Positions 35,639 through 43,998 of a stretch of DNA of 54,640 nt are shown piece after piece. Source of the DNA: a virus (taxonomy: Duplodnaviria; Caudoviricetes); the IMG/VR virus record IMGVR_UViG_3300048856_000130, positions 1 to 54,640 of that record; one strand, 5' to 3'. The notes under the pieces are model-generated. The model was not told the DNA's origin and ran no database searches. It saw only the letters and a list, made by a program, of their open reading frames with translations. How positions within the stretch are numbered: the first letter of the stretch is position 1; every line of letters begins with the position of its first letter. A program made the position numbers and the translations under genes.

Positions 35639-37677
35639 TGGTTGATGCTATCGTTCAGGCCATCGATGGCCGTGCCGTTGTCCAGGTGCAGGGCAATGAA
35701 CTGCTCTTGCCGTACATTGCCAATGCGGCGGCGCAGGCGTCCTCGGCGCGTGCCGCGCGAGATGCAGCATACGAAGCCGTAGACCTGGCTGCCGAGAAAT
35801 CTGTAGAGGCATCTCAGTATGCCGCGGCGGCTTCGGCTCTCGCGAACCGGTTCGCGAGCTACTCTGCCGGCCTAGCGGGTACCCAACCCGGGCAGGACTT
35901 CACCGTAGTCGCGAACGACGGGACGTACATCAACGTCTATCGGAACGGCACGAGCACCGGCAGCGGCGACCCGATCATCCAGTTGCCCGGTAAGGCGGCG
36001 TATGAAGGAGCCGCCGGCGCCGGCCTGATCGGCTATGCGGCAGCAGGGACTGGCATCCGCCCCCGCGATGCGCTGGACAAGCTGCGCGAAAGACGCACGA
36101 TACTCGACTATGTCGGTGGCGTTCCGGACGGCGTGACGAGCAATCGGCAGGCCTTCCTCAACATGCTCGCAGATGGTGGTGGCATCGTGCCCTGGCAGCC
36201 GCAGCCGTATGTCATCGATGACACTGTCCTGTTCCCGGTTGGTGCAACCCTGCTGATCGAGCCGGGCGTGCGCATTTTGTGGGATGGTGAGACCCCTGAG
36301 AACCTGGGCGTCGGGGTCGCTGTGTTTCGCGTATCGGGTGACAACCTGATTGCCTGCACTGGGGGGCAAGGCAGCGTGTTCACGGTCGAGTGTGCGGTGG
36401 ACACGCCAACGATCGCCGTCGTTGCAGGCTTCTCTGTCAACAACGTCACCGTGATCGGTGCCTTTGCGAAGCGCTGCATCCAAGTGCATCTGAACCTCAA
36501 CACCGGCCCCGTCTCTTACGACGACGCGATTACGAGCGGGAAGCCCGGCGCCAACACCAACCGGTTCATCAAGATCGTAGGGGGCGGATGCAGGTTCGAC
36601 ACTAGCGTCTTCGAAGATCCGGCCATCATCAACGGTTCCGGTGCCGCCCTCTTCTATTGTGAGGACGCTGAGGTTCGCGAGGCGGATTACGTCAACGCCT
36701 ACTGTGGCGTGCAGTACTGGGGCGGTGACAGCGGCTTCGGAGCCGGACAGCAAGGTTCGGATCCGGACGCAGAGCGTAAGAGCAAGCGCATCCGGATTAT
36801 CAACTGCACCACGCGCGACACGACCGCAGGCTTCTGGGGATCGTTCGGCGATGACGTAACCGTTGAAGGCTGCCGCTCGTACAACTGCCACGACGTCGCG
36901 CACGACCATGAAGGGTCGCAAAACGTCATGGTATCGAACTGCTATGCGGAGAACAGCTATAACGGCAACTACGTCACCTTCGCCCTGACCCGGAACGGCA
37001 TCACCTATCAGAACTGCGTATCGATGCAGTCCATACGGTCCCGTCCTCATCTCCGCTGCTACAACGCGTCTCTAAGCGCCGGTGACAACCAGGGTATCGT
37101 TTGGCGGGGCGGGCGCTTCGAAACGACCGATTTGACCGGCCCTGGTGTTCTGGACACCGGCTTTGGCCCGGCTGGGCTGATCGCGATCGAGAACGCCACC
37201 TTGATCAACACCCGGATCGACTTCACCGGACTCAACAATCAGGTCCGCGTCATCGGCAACGACTTCCACTTTCCCTTCGTGAGCGCCGGGCCATTCGCCG
37301 CGGTCAAGATCGCCGGGATCGCAGGTAACTCGCTCCAGGGCCGCGCAATCGCGATCATCGAAGGCAACCGCGTTCGGACGACTGCCCCTCAGCCCGCGGG
37401 AACTGAGCTATTCCATGTCTCGGTTGGTGACTTCAACTTCGCCGATCTCGTCGTGATCGCTAGCAACATCGCGTTCCTGCCGAACACGGCCGTCTACTCG
37501 CCGATCTACATGGAGCATACCGGCACCAATCCGGGCACTGCCAGTCGCTTCCGGGTGATCAACAATGAAATGCTGGGGCAGATCCAGACACGCAGCACCG
37601 GCGGTGTCCCTGGCGTGTTCTCCGGCCGCAACAACTTTGACGAGAACGACACCCCTATTCCGCTGACGCCTGTCTGA
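35638..37677 (+). CDS. Tailspike / beta-helix depolymerase
   Basis: N-terminal anchor, GAGLIG...DKLRE..TILDY-GG-PDGVT entry motif, N/G/V-rich parallel beta-helix repeats. Confidence 0.82.
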   Translation: MVDAIVQAIDGRAVVQVQGNELLLPYIANAAAQASSARAARDAAYEAVDLAAEKSVEASQYAAAASALANRFASYSAGLAGTQPGQDFTVVANDGTYINVYRNGTSTGSGDPIIQLPGKAAYEGAAGAGLIGYAAAGTGIRPRDALDKLRERRTILDYVGGVPDGVTSNRQAFLNMLADGGGIVPWQPQPYVIDDTVLFPVGATLLIEPGVRILWDGETPENLGVGVAVFRVSGDNLIACTGGQGSVFTVECAVDTPTIAVVAGFSVNNVTVIGAFAKRCIQVHLNLNTGPVSYDDAITSGKPGANTNRFIKIVGGGCRFDTSVFEDPAIINGSGAALFYCEDAEVREADYVNAYCGVQYWGGDSGFGAGQQGSDPDAERKSKRIRIINCTTRDTTAGFWGSFGDDVTVEGCRSYNCHDVAHDHEGSQNVMVSNCYAENSYNGNYVTFALTRNGITYQNCVSMQSIRSRPHLRCYNASLSAGDNQGIVWRGGRFETTDLTGPGVLDTGFGPAGLIAIENATLINTRIDFTGLNNQVRVIGNDFHFPFVSAGPFAAVKIAGIAGNSLQGRAIAIIEGNRVRTTAPQPAGTELFHVSVGDFNFADLVVIASNIAFLPNTAVYSPIYMEHTGTNPGTASRFRVINNEMLGQIQTRSTGGVPGVFSGRNNFDENDTPIPLTPV

Positions 37678-38665
37678 TCCTCTGAGCCCCGCCGAGTGCG
37701 CCAAGCTTCCCCAAATCAAGCTTGGCGCACGGCACTTCTATCCACCGGTACGACAGGTATGCGAGCGGGATCGTGATTGTTGAAACCGCTGCGAGGTAGG
37801 CGGGGCCGGAAAGCTCGGGCAGGTGCACCGCTCGCAGCACGAACTCGTGCAGCATGTACACTGAATAGCTGATCGCCCCGAGGAACGTCAGCGGCTTCGC
37901 GAGTACGCCCCAGCTTGGCGCCAGCAGGCAGGCGTAGAAGATCGCATAGCCCAGTGCCCAGGCGGTAAGGATGGCCGAAAAGGAGCCGGCGTCACCGTGT
38001 TCGGGCGGGAACGCCTGGAAGCGCACCCACATTCCGAAGAGGATCGCAGCGGCGACAAGCGAGAGGCACTGGAAATGTAGCCCGCGGTCCTCCCCGCTGT
38101 AGATGCGATAGGTCAGCAGCCCCACCACACAGCTTGCGACTAGGAGCATGCGGCCCATCGGCGGGCACGAAAAACCGAGGAAGGGCAACACGGCCGCGAG
38201 CAAAATCACACCAACGGTTCCTGTGGTGATCAGCACTGCGCTTCGGTTCAACCCGGCCGCGAACAACCCGGCAAACCCGGCGTACCAAACCATCTCGACG
38301 GACAGCGTCCATGAGACGCCAACGACGTTCGGCGCCGCAACCCAATCCTGGGCAAGCAGCACGTTCGCGTAGAGGTCAGCCGGGGTCACGGACCTGCCGA
38401 GCACGAGCCAAGCGACCAAGCACGCGTAGTAGAGCGGGAGGATGCGCAGCATTCGGTTCGCGGCAAAGCGGCGAAGGCTGCCGGACTTCTCGAGTCCGAT
38501 CGGGATTACGAAGCCACTGACAAGGAAGAACGAGGCAACGCCAGTCTGCCCGAGGTTGACCGCCCAAGGGGCGTGCAGGCCGCTTTGCTCGATTGAGTGC
38601 TGTAGCAGAACGAGCAGCGCGGCAATGCCGCGGGCGACGTCGATATTCGCAATGCGCCCGCTCAC
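37655..38665 (-). CDS. Acyltransferase-3 (OafA/Oac-like O-acyltransferase) moron
   Basis: IDVARGIAALLV..QH, GVASFFLVSGF, RMLRILPLY, WTLSVE, GAISYSVYMLH; GTG with GGGAGG RBS. Confidence 0.92.
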   Translation of the reverse strand: MSGRIANIDVARGIAALLVLLQHSIEQSGLHAPWAVNLGQTGVASFFLVSGFVIPIGLEKSGSLRRFAANRMLRILPLYYACLVAWLVLGRSVTPADLYANVLLAQDWVAAPNVVGVSWTLSVEMVWYAGFAGLFAAGLNRSAVLITTGTVGVILLAAVLPFLGFSCPPMGRMLLVASCVVGLLTYRIYSGEDRGLHFQCLSLVAAAILFGMWVRFQAFPPEHGDAGSFSAILTAWALGYAIFYACLLAPSWGVLAKPLTFLGAISYSVYMLHEFVLRAVHLPELSGPAYLAAVSTITIPLAYLSYRWIEVPCAKLDLGKLGALGGAQRIRQASAE

Positions 38666-38810
38666 CGCACCCTCCCTTTTGGGTGTCAGAAGCACCCCAA
38701 AGCACAGGCTAAACCGGTGAGAGACCAGCCACAAGTTGGATCAGGCGGCGCCGTTCCCGAGCCGGCACACCCACGCAGGAGAATGAGCATGCACCACCCA
38801 AGGGCGCATC

Positions 38811-39254
38811 GTGCCTGACCGCGGCATAGGCTTGGAGGACGCCCTCAGCCCCCGCATCGCCGGATCCACTGAAGGAATGACGCTGCAGGTGCTTGCCCAG
38901 ATCCGCGACAGCCTGACGGCGATGAGCAGGGACATTCGGTCCAACAACGAGGCGACGGCCGACGTTCGGGAGCGGGTGATCCGCCTGGAGGAACGCGACA
39001 AGCGGCTTGAGCAGATCGAGGCGCACGTCGGCGTTCTAGACGCCCGGGTCGACGTGCTCCTGAAGGACAAGGACCGTCGCGACGGAGCCCTTGGGATGCT
39101 GGGCATCCTGCGCGTGTGGGGGCCGCTGATCTTCAGCGCGATCGCAGCCCTGTGGCTGGTCGGCCGGTCGATCGGGATCACGCCGGCGCCGCCTGTTCGG
39201 GTGGAGACGCCAAACGGACTGACCATCGAAACCACTTCGGGAGGTAAGCCATGA
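38811..39254 (+). CDS. Coiled-coil + TM lysis-region protein
   Basis: Coil then C-terminal TM; coupled to the lysozyme. Confidence 0.65.
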   Translation: MPDRGIGLEDALSPRIAGSTEGMTLQVLAQIRDSLTAMSRDIRSNNEATADVRERVIRLEERDKRLEQIEAHVGVLDARVDVLLKDKDRRDGALGMLGILRVWGPLIFSAIAALWLVGRSIGITPAPPVRVETPNGLTIETTSGGKP

Positions 39255-39826
39255 GCAGACGCACTGCCCTATTCGAGGTCGTGAAGCCGTTTACGCCCGA
39301 AGGCCGCTACACGGCCGAGATGGTCAAGGCGCTCGATGCGCTGGCCGACCTGATGAAGCTGCCCCGCGAGGGTGGCGCGCTGTCACCATCCCCGGTGGCG
39401 ATCGACAACATCAAGGAATTCGAAAGCTGCCAGCTGAAGGCCTACCCCGATCCGGGCACCGGCGGCGATCCCTGGACGATTGGCTGGGGCGCAACCGGGC
39501 CGGGCATCGCGAAGGGCGTTGTCTGGACGCAGCGCCAGGCAGACGAGCGGTTGGCTGCGGACGTTGCCCGCTTCTCGGCCGGCGTCACCACGGCGCTCGA
39601 CGGCGCGGCCACCACTCAGGCGCAGTTCGATGCGCTGGTGAGCTTCGCCTACAACGTCGGCGTTCAGGCGCTCACGACCAGCACTCTCCTGCGCAAGCAC
39701 AAGGCCGGTGATTACGCCGGGGCTGCCGAGGAATTCTACCGCTGGAACAAGGCTGGCGGGCGTGTCCTGCCCGGCCTCACCCGACGCCGCGAGGCTGAAG
39801 CCAAGATCTACAGGGGGCGCGCATGA
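39251..39826 (+). CDS. GH24 lysozyme (endolysin)
   Basis: IKEFES..LKAYPD......WTIGWGAT; QFDALVSFAYNVG; GLTRRREAE. Confidence 0.95.
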   Translation: MSRRTALFEVVKPFTPEGRYTAEMVKALDALADLMKLPREGGALSPSPVAIDNIKEFESCQLKAYPDPGTGGDPWTIGWGATGPGIAKGVVWTQRQADERLAADVARFSAGVTTALDGAATTQAQFDALVSFAYNVGVQALTTSTLLRKHKAGDYAGAAEEFYRWNKAGGRVLPGLTRRREAEAKIYRGRA

Positions 39827-40128
39827 ACCGCTTTCACTGGCCGGACGCCCGCGGGTGGATCGGCATCGGCGCCTTCTCGCTGACCGTCATGGTTCTGTGG
39901 ATGCTCGCGGTCTTCCCGGACCTCCGCCAGGACGAGTTCTTCAAGACCATCACGACGCTCATCATTGGCACCGGCTTCATCAACGGCGTGGTGTCGTGGG
40001 CCTACAGCGCGACCAAGGGCGGCGGCGAGCTGGCCGAGCACAACGCAACGCTGGTCCGGCAGCAGGCAGAGACGCCGACCGGCCAGCAGGGCGACCCCGT
40101 TCACACGATCCAGGAGAGACAGCCATGA
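39823..40128 (+). CDS. Putative holin (2 TM)
   Basis: Two TM segments, hydrophilic C-terminus, ATGA-coupled to the endolysin. Confidence 0.65.
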   Translation: MNRFHWPDARGWIGIGAFSLTVMVLWMLAVFPDLRQDEFFKTITTLIIGTGFINGVVSWAYSATKGGGELAEHNATLVRQQAETPTGQQGDPVHTIQERQP

Positions 40129-40274
40129 AGCTCAAAATCGGCAAGCTGCTGAAGACCGTCGTCCGCGCGGCGAAGGCCAACCCGGAGATCGCGCTGGCGG
40201 TGGCAGGGTTAATCGCGCCCGGCGTCGTGAAGAAGGTCGCGCCGATCGTGGTGGCTGCGGCGGTGAAGCCCTAA
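40125..40274 (+). CDS. Cationic amphipathic 49-aa peptide, last lysis gene
   Basis: MKLKIGKLLKTVVRAAKANPEIALAVAGLIAPGVVKKVAPIVVAAAVKP; AGGAG RBS; ATGA coupling. Confidence 0.75.
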   Translation: MKLKIGKLLKTVVRAAKANPEIALAVAGLIAPGVVKKVAPIVVAAAVKP

Positions 40275-40561
40275 CCCCACCCCCACCACCGAAGCACATC
40301 CCCCTCCCCCCAAAGCGGCCGATACACCCCGCCCAGGTAATAAAACCGGTTCCACTCGCGGCACCCCGGCGTGATGCGACACCTGCACCGGCGCCCGATC
40401 AGCGAGTAATCCCGGCCAACGCGGGCGGCGAGCTCCACCAGGTCGACCTGCACGAAGCTGCACTTGCCCTCGCACATGGCCCGCACCTCGCACCCGCGAT
40501 CGATCATCGCGCCCAGCGTGCGTGTCCATGTCGGGAATTGTGTTGGTTTGCCGCAGCCCAT
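40271..40561 (-). CDS. Small Cys-rich hypothetical protein
   Basis: CEGKC...CRCRITPGC. Confidence 0.6.
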   Translation of the reverse strand: MGCGKPTQFPTWTRTLGAMIDRGCEVRAMCEGKCSFVQVDLVELAARVGRDYSLIGRRCRCRITPGCREWNRFYYLGGVYRPLWGEGDVLRWWGWG

Positions 40562-41220
40562 CTACGAGCCTGAAGCATGGGCGCGGCGTGTAGGAAATAG
40601 GGGTGCTGCGGGCCGGGCTTGATACCGGCTTCTCCTCTCGCCTTCGCAGCGTCCCAAGCGCAGATGAGGAGAACAGGGGTCCGATCTAGCGTGTCCATCC
40701 ACGCCGCCGCAGCCCGCACACCATACCGCACGACTCGTGTTCGTGCCAGCCTTTTCGCTTTGTCAAGCAGGCGCGGCGTGGTAGGAATGTGGCGGGCGGC
40801 GACCCGAGAAGAACGGACGAAGGTGGTTCCGTCACCTGATGACTCCGGGCCGGTGAAACTCCGGATATGTCGCCCACATGACGCGCGTTGCTCACTGACA
40901 CGCCCCCGATACCCACCAGATCGAGGGCGTCCCTACCCGGAAGGATGGGATGGCTTCGCGGTACCGCTGACGGAGGATTTGATGGCGAGAAACTGTGGCA
41001 TTGCCTCTTACATCCCGACCATCATCGAAGGCTGGGGCGGGTTGAAGGCTTCGAGCGGCAATATCGAGGGTTGGGGCGGCGATTGACTGCCCCACATGAC
41101 GCGGCGGACGCACGTAATTCCCTCGTGCGGCACACCACTGGCGGGCGCTGACCGGTACAGCCTGCCGACCGAGGAGCTGGGTCAACGCTCCACAGCTGGG
41201 ACAGGGACCAGCCCGCCGCC

Positions 41221-41394
41221 TCAACCCTTCCCCGGCAGCTCGCTCTCAAGCATCCACTCGCCCCACTTCTTCACCGCGCGCACCCCGCAGCACTTCGCGA
41301 CCGCGGCTTGCTCCTCGCCTTCCTTCGGCGTGTCGCTGACCCATTCGTGGGCGGTGCCGTCGCACTGGTACGGTTCGGGCGGGGGTTTGGGCAT
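41221..41394 (-). CDS. Small hypothetical protein (57 aa)
   Basis: Read manually: MPKPPPEPYQCDGTAHEW... Confidence 0.4.
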   Translation of the reverse strand: MPKPPPEPYQCDGTAHEWVSDTPKEGEEQAAVAKCCGVRAVKKWGEWMLESELPGKG

Positions 41395-41444
41395 GCGGGG
41401 GATGTAGGGGGGCGTGGTTGGGAGTCGGATGACCGAGGTCCGGT

Positions 41445-41732
41445 TTAGCGAGATCTGCGTTCCTCAATCCGACTCGGGTCCGCTGTGAGCGTGATCTCGC
41501 CTTGGTAGTTCTGGCTCTGCGCTGCGCCGCACCGCCTGCAAACCCTGCTCCGATGTGCCCGAATGGGCTCGGGCTTGTTTTCGATCCGCTCAGGACGCCA
41601 CGTTACCGACGCCAAGGGCAACCGCTCCGGAACGTAGTTGGACCACTCAGACCAAGCGTGCTCGATGAACAGGCACCGTTCGGGGGCATCTTGCGGGAGG
41701 CCAGCCATTCTATGTTCTAGTTGCCAGTCCAT
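41445..41732 (-). CDS. Hypothetical protein with CRRCG knuckle
   Basis: GAGG RBS before MDWQLEHR. Confidence 0.55.
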   Translation of the reverse strand: MDWQLEHRMAGLPQDAPERCLFIEHAWSEWSNYVPERLPLASVTWRPERIENKPEPIRAHRSRVCRRCGAAQSQNYQGEITLTADPSRIEERRSR

Positions 41733-41760
41733 CGTTTCGACCTCACGTTCGTTGTCGGGC

Positions 41761-41973
41761 TCATACGTCCGATCCTCTTCGCTCCGGAGACGAGGCGTGC
41801 TCCATCCCACGCAGCGCGCGAAGGCTCTCGGCAGCATTCATCCGATCGTGAAGCTCGATCGTGAACCGGTTGATGTTCGCGGCCGCTTCATTCGCAGCCT
41901 TGCCGATCTGTTCACAAGCCGCGCCCAAGTTGCGCAGGCTCTGGTTCATCGCAGTCATATCGATCTTCTGCAT
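41761..41973 (-). CDS. Hypothetical protein
   Basis: GGAGGGAG RBS before MQKIDMT. Confidence 0.55.
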   Translation of the reverse strand: MQKIDMTAMNQSLRNLGAACEQIGKAANEAAANINRFTIELHDRMNAAESLRALRGMEHASSPERRGSDV

Positions 41974-42053
41974 GCTCGCTCCCTCCATCGCGATCATCAT
42001 CTTCCCCTTCCCCGCCTAGACTGCGCTCGCGGCCGGCGGGGTGCAAGGTGGGG

Positions 42054-42500
42054 TTAGGCTGCGTACTCCCATAGAAGCTTCGGCTCAGTCGGGTGCTTGT
42101 CGACGCGGCGCCTGGTCGGCGTATCCCAGCTGCGGCCGGGCACTTCGCCGATGAGCTTCCACCCGGCAGCCGCCAAAGACGACCCCGGCTCGCGCTGGAG
42201 CGTGTAGGTGCCGATCCTCCGATAGCCGAGCGCGAACGCCGCCCGTGCAGCTGCGCCGTACAGGAACGAACAGGCGTTCCGGTGGCCGGTCGTGCAAAGC
42301 CGCGTCACCTCGAGCGTGGCGCCGTCGTCGCGGTGACGGGAGACCGGGCGCCCGACGATCACGACGCCTACCAGCTCGTTGCCCGCCAGAGCGGCGATGC
42401 TGAACTTGTGCCCGACCGGCGGCGTGTGGTGCCGATGGTGCAGGCGCACGAACTCCGCGGCATCCGCGAAGTCGATCGGGGCGGCGACAAGACGGCTCAC
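42054..42500 (-). CDS. XF1762 family protein
   Basis: HHRHHTPPVGHKFS, GRPVSR..DDG.TLEVTRLCT, NACSFLYGA. Confidence 0.85.
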   Translation of the reverse strand: MSRLVAAPIDFADAAEFVRLHHRHHTPPVGHKFSIAALAGNELVGVVIVGRPVSRHRDDGATLEVTRLCTTGHRNACSFLYGAAARAAFALGYRRIGTYTLQREPGSSLAAAGWKLIGEVPGRSWDTPTRRRVDKHPTEPKLLWEYAA

Positions 42501-43225
42501 CCCTGCCCTCCCGCATCCTTCGCCCGCTGCGGCTTCGGGGCGGGGGTGCGCGTGGCGCTAGTGCGGGCTTGGCGCCGCCGCTGAAGCTCGCCAACCCAGT
42601 GCTTCAGCTTAGCCGCCGCCATGACGATCGGCTTCAATTCATTGGCCGCGTCATCGTACGAAAGCGTTTTGCGGAATCTGCCCCCGTTCAGGCGAGCCAG
42701 TACGCCGCGAGGGATAGCCTCCCAATTGCTCGGATCGACATTGCGCCGGTCGCCATCCAAACACTTCAGCGCATACCCCGCTGGCAGCGGCCCGTTTTTT
42801 GCTTCCCACTCCACGAGGTGCACCGCCCGCCAGCGCGACTGAAGCGGCATGCCGTCATGTATCTTGCGCTCGAGGTACCCGTCTTTGCTAATCCGTTCGG
42901 TCCCGATGGGCTTGTAGAGGCGAACGGCAACGCCCTGACGCTCGCCTCTCTGGAACTGTGTTTTACGAGCGTTCGGGTGGCGGCCGCCTGTACCCGGCGG
43001 GCATGGCTTGCCTTTGTTCGGAGGCTCCTGCCCCTTGGCGAAACAGCCTGTCCGCCCGGTCAGCCACCCATTCCGCTTGCACAGCGCATTGAAGTTTTGA
43101 AGCGAGATTTCTTCGCGATTGAACCTCTGGCAGAACGCCTGGTGAGCCTCGTTGCGCGGCAATTGGCTGACGGATTGGATAAACGCCCGCTCTTCGACGC
43201 TGTAATGGATTTGCCGGCCCTTCAC
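42497..43225 (-). CDS. HNH-3-like endonuclease (possibly degenerate)
   Basis: GRTGCF.KG..P.NKG; PIGTERISKDGY; H..EWE..NGPLP; DGDRRN...SN. Confidence 0.75.
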   Translation of the reverse strand: MKGRQIHYSVEERAFIQSVSQLPRNEAHQAFCQRFNREEISLQNFNALCKRNGWLTGRTGCFAKGQEPPNKGKPCPPGTGGRHPNARKTQFQRGERQGVAVRLYKPIGTERISKDGYLERKIHDGMPLQSRWRAVHLVEWEAKNGPLPAGYALKCLDGDRRNVDPSNWEAIPRGVLARLNGGRFRKTLSYDDAANELKPIVMAAAKLKHWVGELQRRRQARTSATRTPAPKPQRAKDAGGQG

Positions 43226-43485
43226 TTCGCATCCCCGAGGCGCCTAGGTTCGGCAGCCGGAGCAATGTTCGCGAGCTGTGGTGCGAAGTGATATCCGTGG
43301 CCTGCGAGCAGGGTTGCGGCCTTCAACTGTAAATCGGCGTTCTTCACGACCTGATCGGCGACTGCCACGATGGCCTCGGCTCGTTTCGCCTCCTTCTCGA
43401 TCTGCTCGTCAGTCAGGTCCTCGTCGCCGAGGCGCTCGATTTGGGCGAACAGGTGATCGTTCAGGTCTGACAGCTTGTTCTTCAT
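43222..43485 (-). CDS. Conserved phage protein (MKNKLSDLNDHLFAQIERL family)
   Basis: GGAGG RBS; GTGA-coupled to the HNH gene. Confidence 0.8.
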   Translation of the reverse strand: MKNKLSDLNDHLFAQIERLGDEDLTDEQIEKEAKRAEAIVAVADQVVKNADLQLKAATLLAGHGYHFAPQLANIAPAAEPRRLGDAK

Positions 43486-43501
43486 TGCCTTGCCTCCGTT
43501 T

Positions 43502-43581
43502 CCACTAGCGGTTAAGAACCATACCCACTAGCGGGTTGCAAGAGGAAAAGCACTAGTGGAAACGATTGATTCGACTAGCGG
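43502..43581. promoter_or_regulatory. Four ACTAG-core operator repeats in a divergent promoter region
   Basis: CCACTAGCGG 43502 and 43525, GCACTAGTGG 43550, CGACTAGCGG 43572. Confidence 0.7.
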
Positions 43582-43606
43582 TAATGCAGCCGCTATCCAG
43601 CGCCGC

Positions 43607-43765
43607 GTGACACGCCCGAAAGAATACGACGAACAGCTGGCGTTCCTCGTCAAGCGCGGAACCAAGGACCGCATCGAGGCGGTGCGCGGCGAGGTGTCCA
43701 AGGCGGACTTCCTACGAGCCGCAATCGATGACGCGATCGCCAAGGCGAAGCGTCGGAGACAGTAG
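43607..43765 (+). CDS. Ribbon-helix-helix regulator
   Basis: RPKEYDEQLAFLV...SKADFLRAAIDDAI. Confidence 0.75.
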   Translation: MTRPKEYDEQLAFLVKRGTKDRIEAVRGEVSKADFLRAAIDDAIAKAKRRRQ

Positions 43766-43862
43766 CTTCTGCGTCCCCCCTATGCTGTAACCTATTGATT
43801 CATAATGAGTGGAACAGAGCGGGAAGATCGGGACAGCCCATTGAAAACATAGGGTTTATGTT

Positions 43863-43906
43863 CTTTCACGGCTGAAACACGGGTTCGATTCCCGTAGGGG
43901 TCACCA
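43863..43906 (+). tRNA. 3' half of tRNA-Glu(TTC) = prophage attR
   Basis: CT-TTC-AC anticodon loop, GGTTCGATTCC T-arm, ends in CCA; 5' half absent. Confidence 0.88.
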
Positions 43907-43998
43907 TAACCCGCCGAACTCCTCCTAACCGAGCGAGAACGGCGGGTTTCGGTCATTTGGACGTGCTTTCTGGTCACAACTCTGTGATACAAAGAGGC

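Larger units (their letters stand above)
1..43906. mobile_element. Lambdoid HK97-like siphoprophage integrated at tRNA-Glu (left att lies outside the window)
   Basis: Complete module order int-xis-recombination-immunity-replication-packaging-head-tail-lysis, ending at a tRNA 3'-half duplicate. Confidence 0.95.

Noticed and set aside
32851-37677. Diversity-generating retroelement or invertible tail-fibre cassette
   Set aside because: No reverse transcriptase, TR/VR pair or invertase seen near the tail genes.
43812-43826. Alphaproteobacterial LexA box GAAC-N7-GAAG
   Set aside because: One mismatch and no obvious gene positioned to be controlled.
43863-43906. Functional tRNA gene
   Set aside because: The 5' acceptor strand and D-arm are missing; it is an att duplicate.
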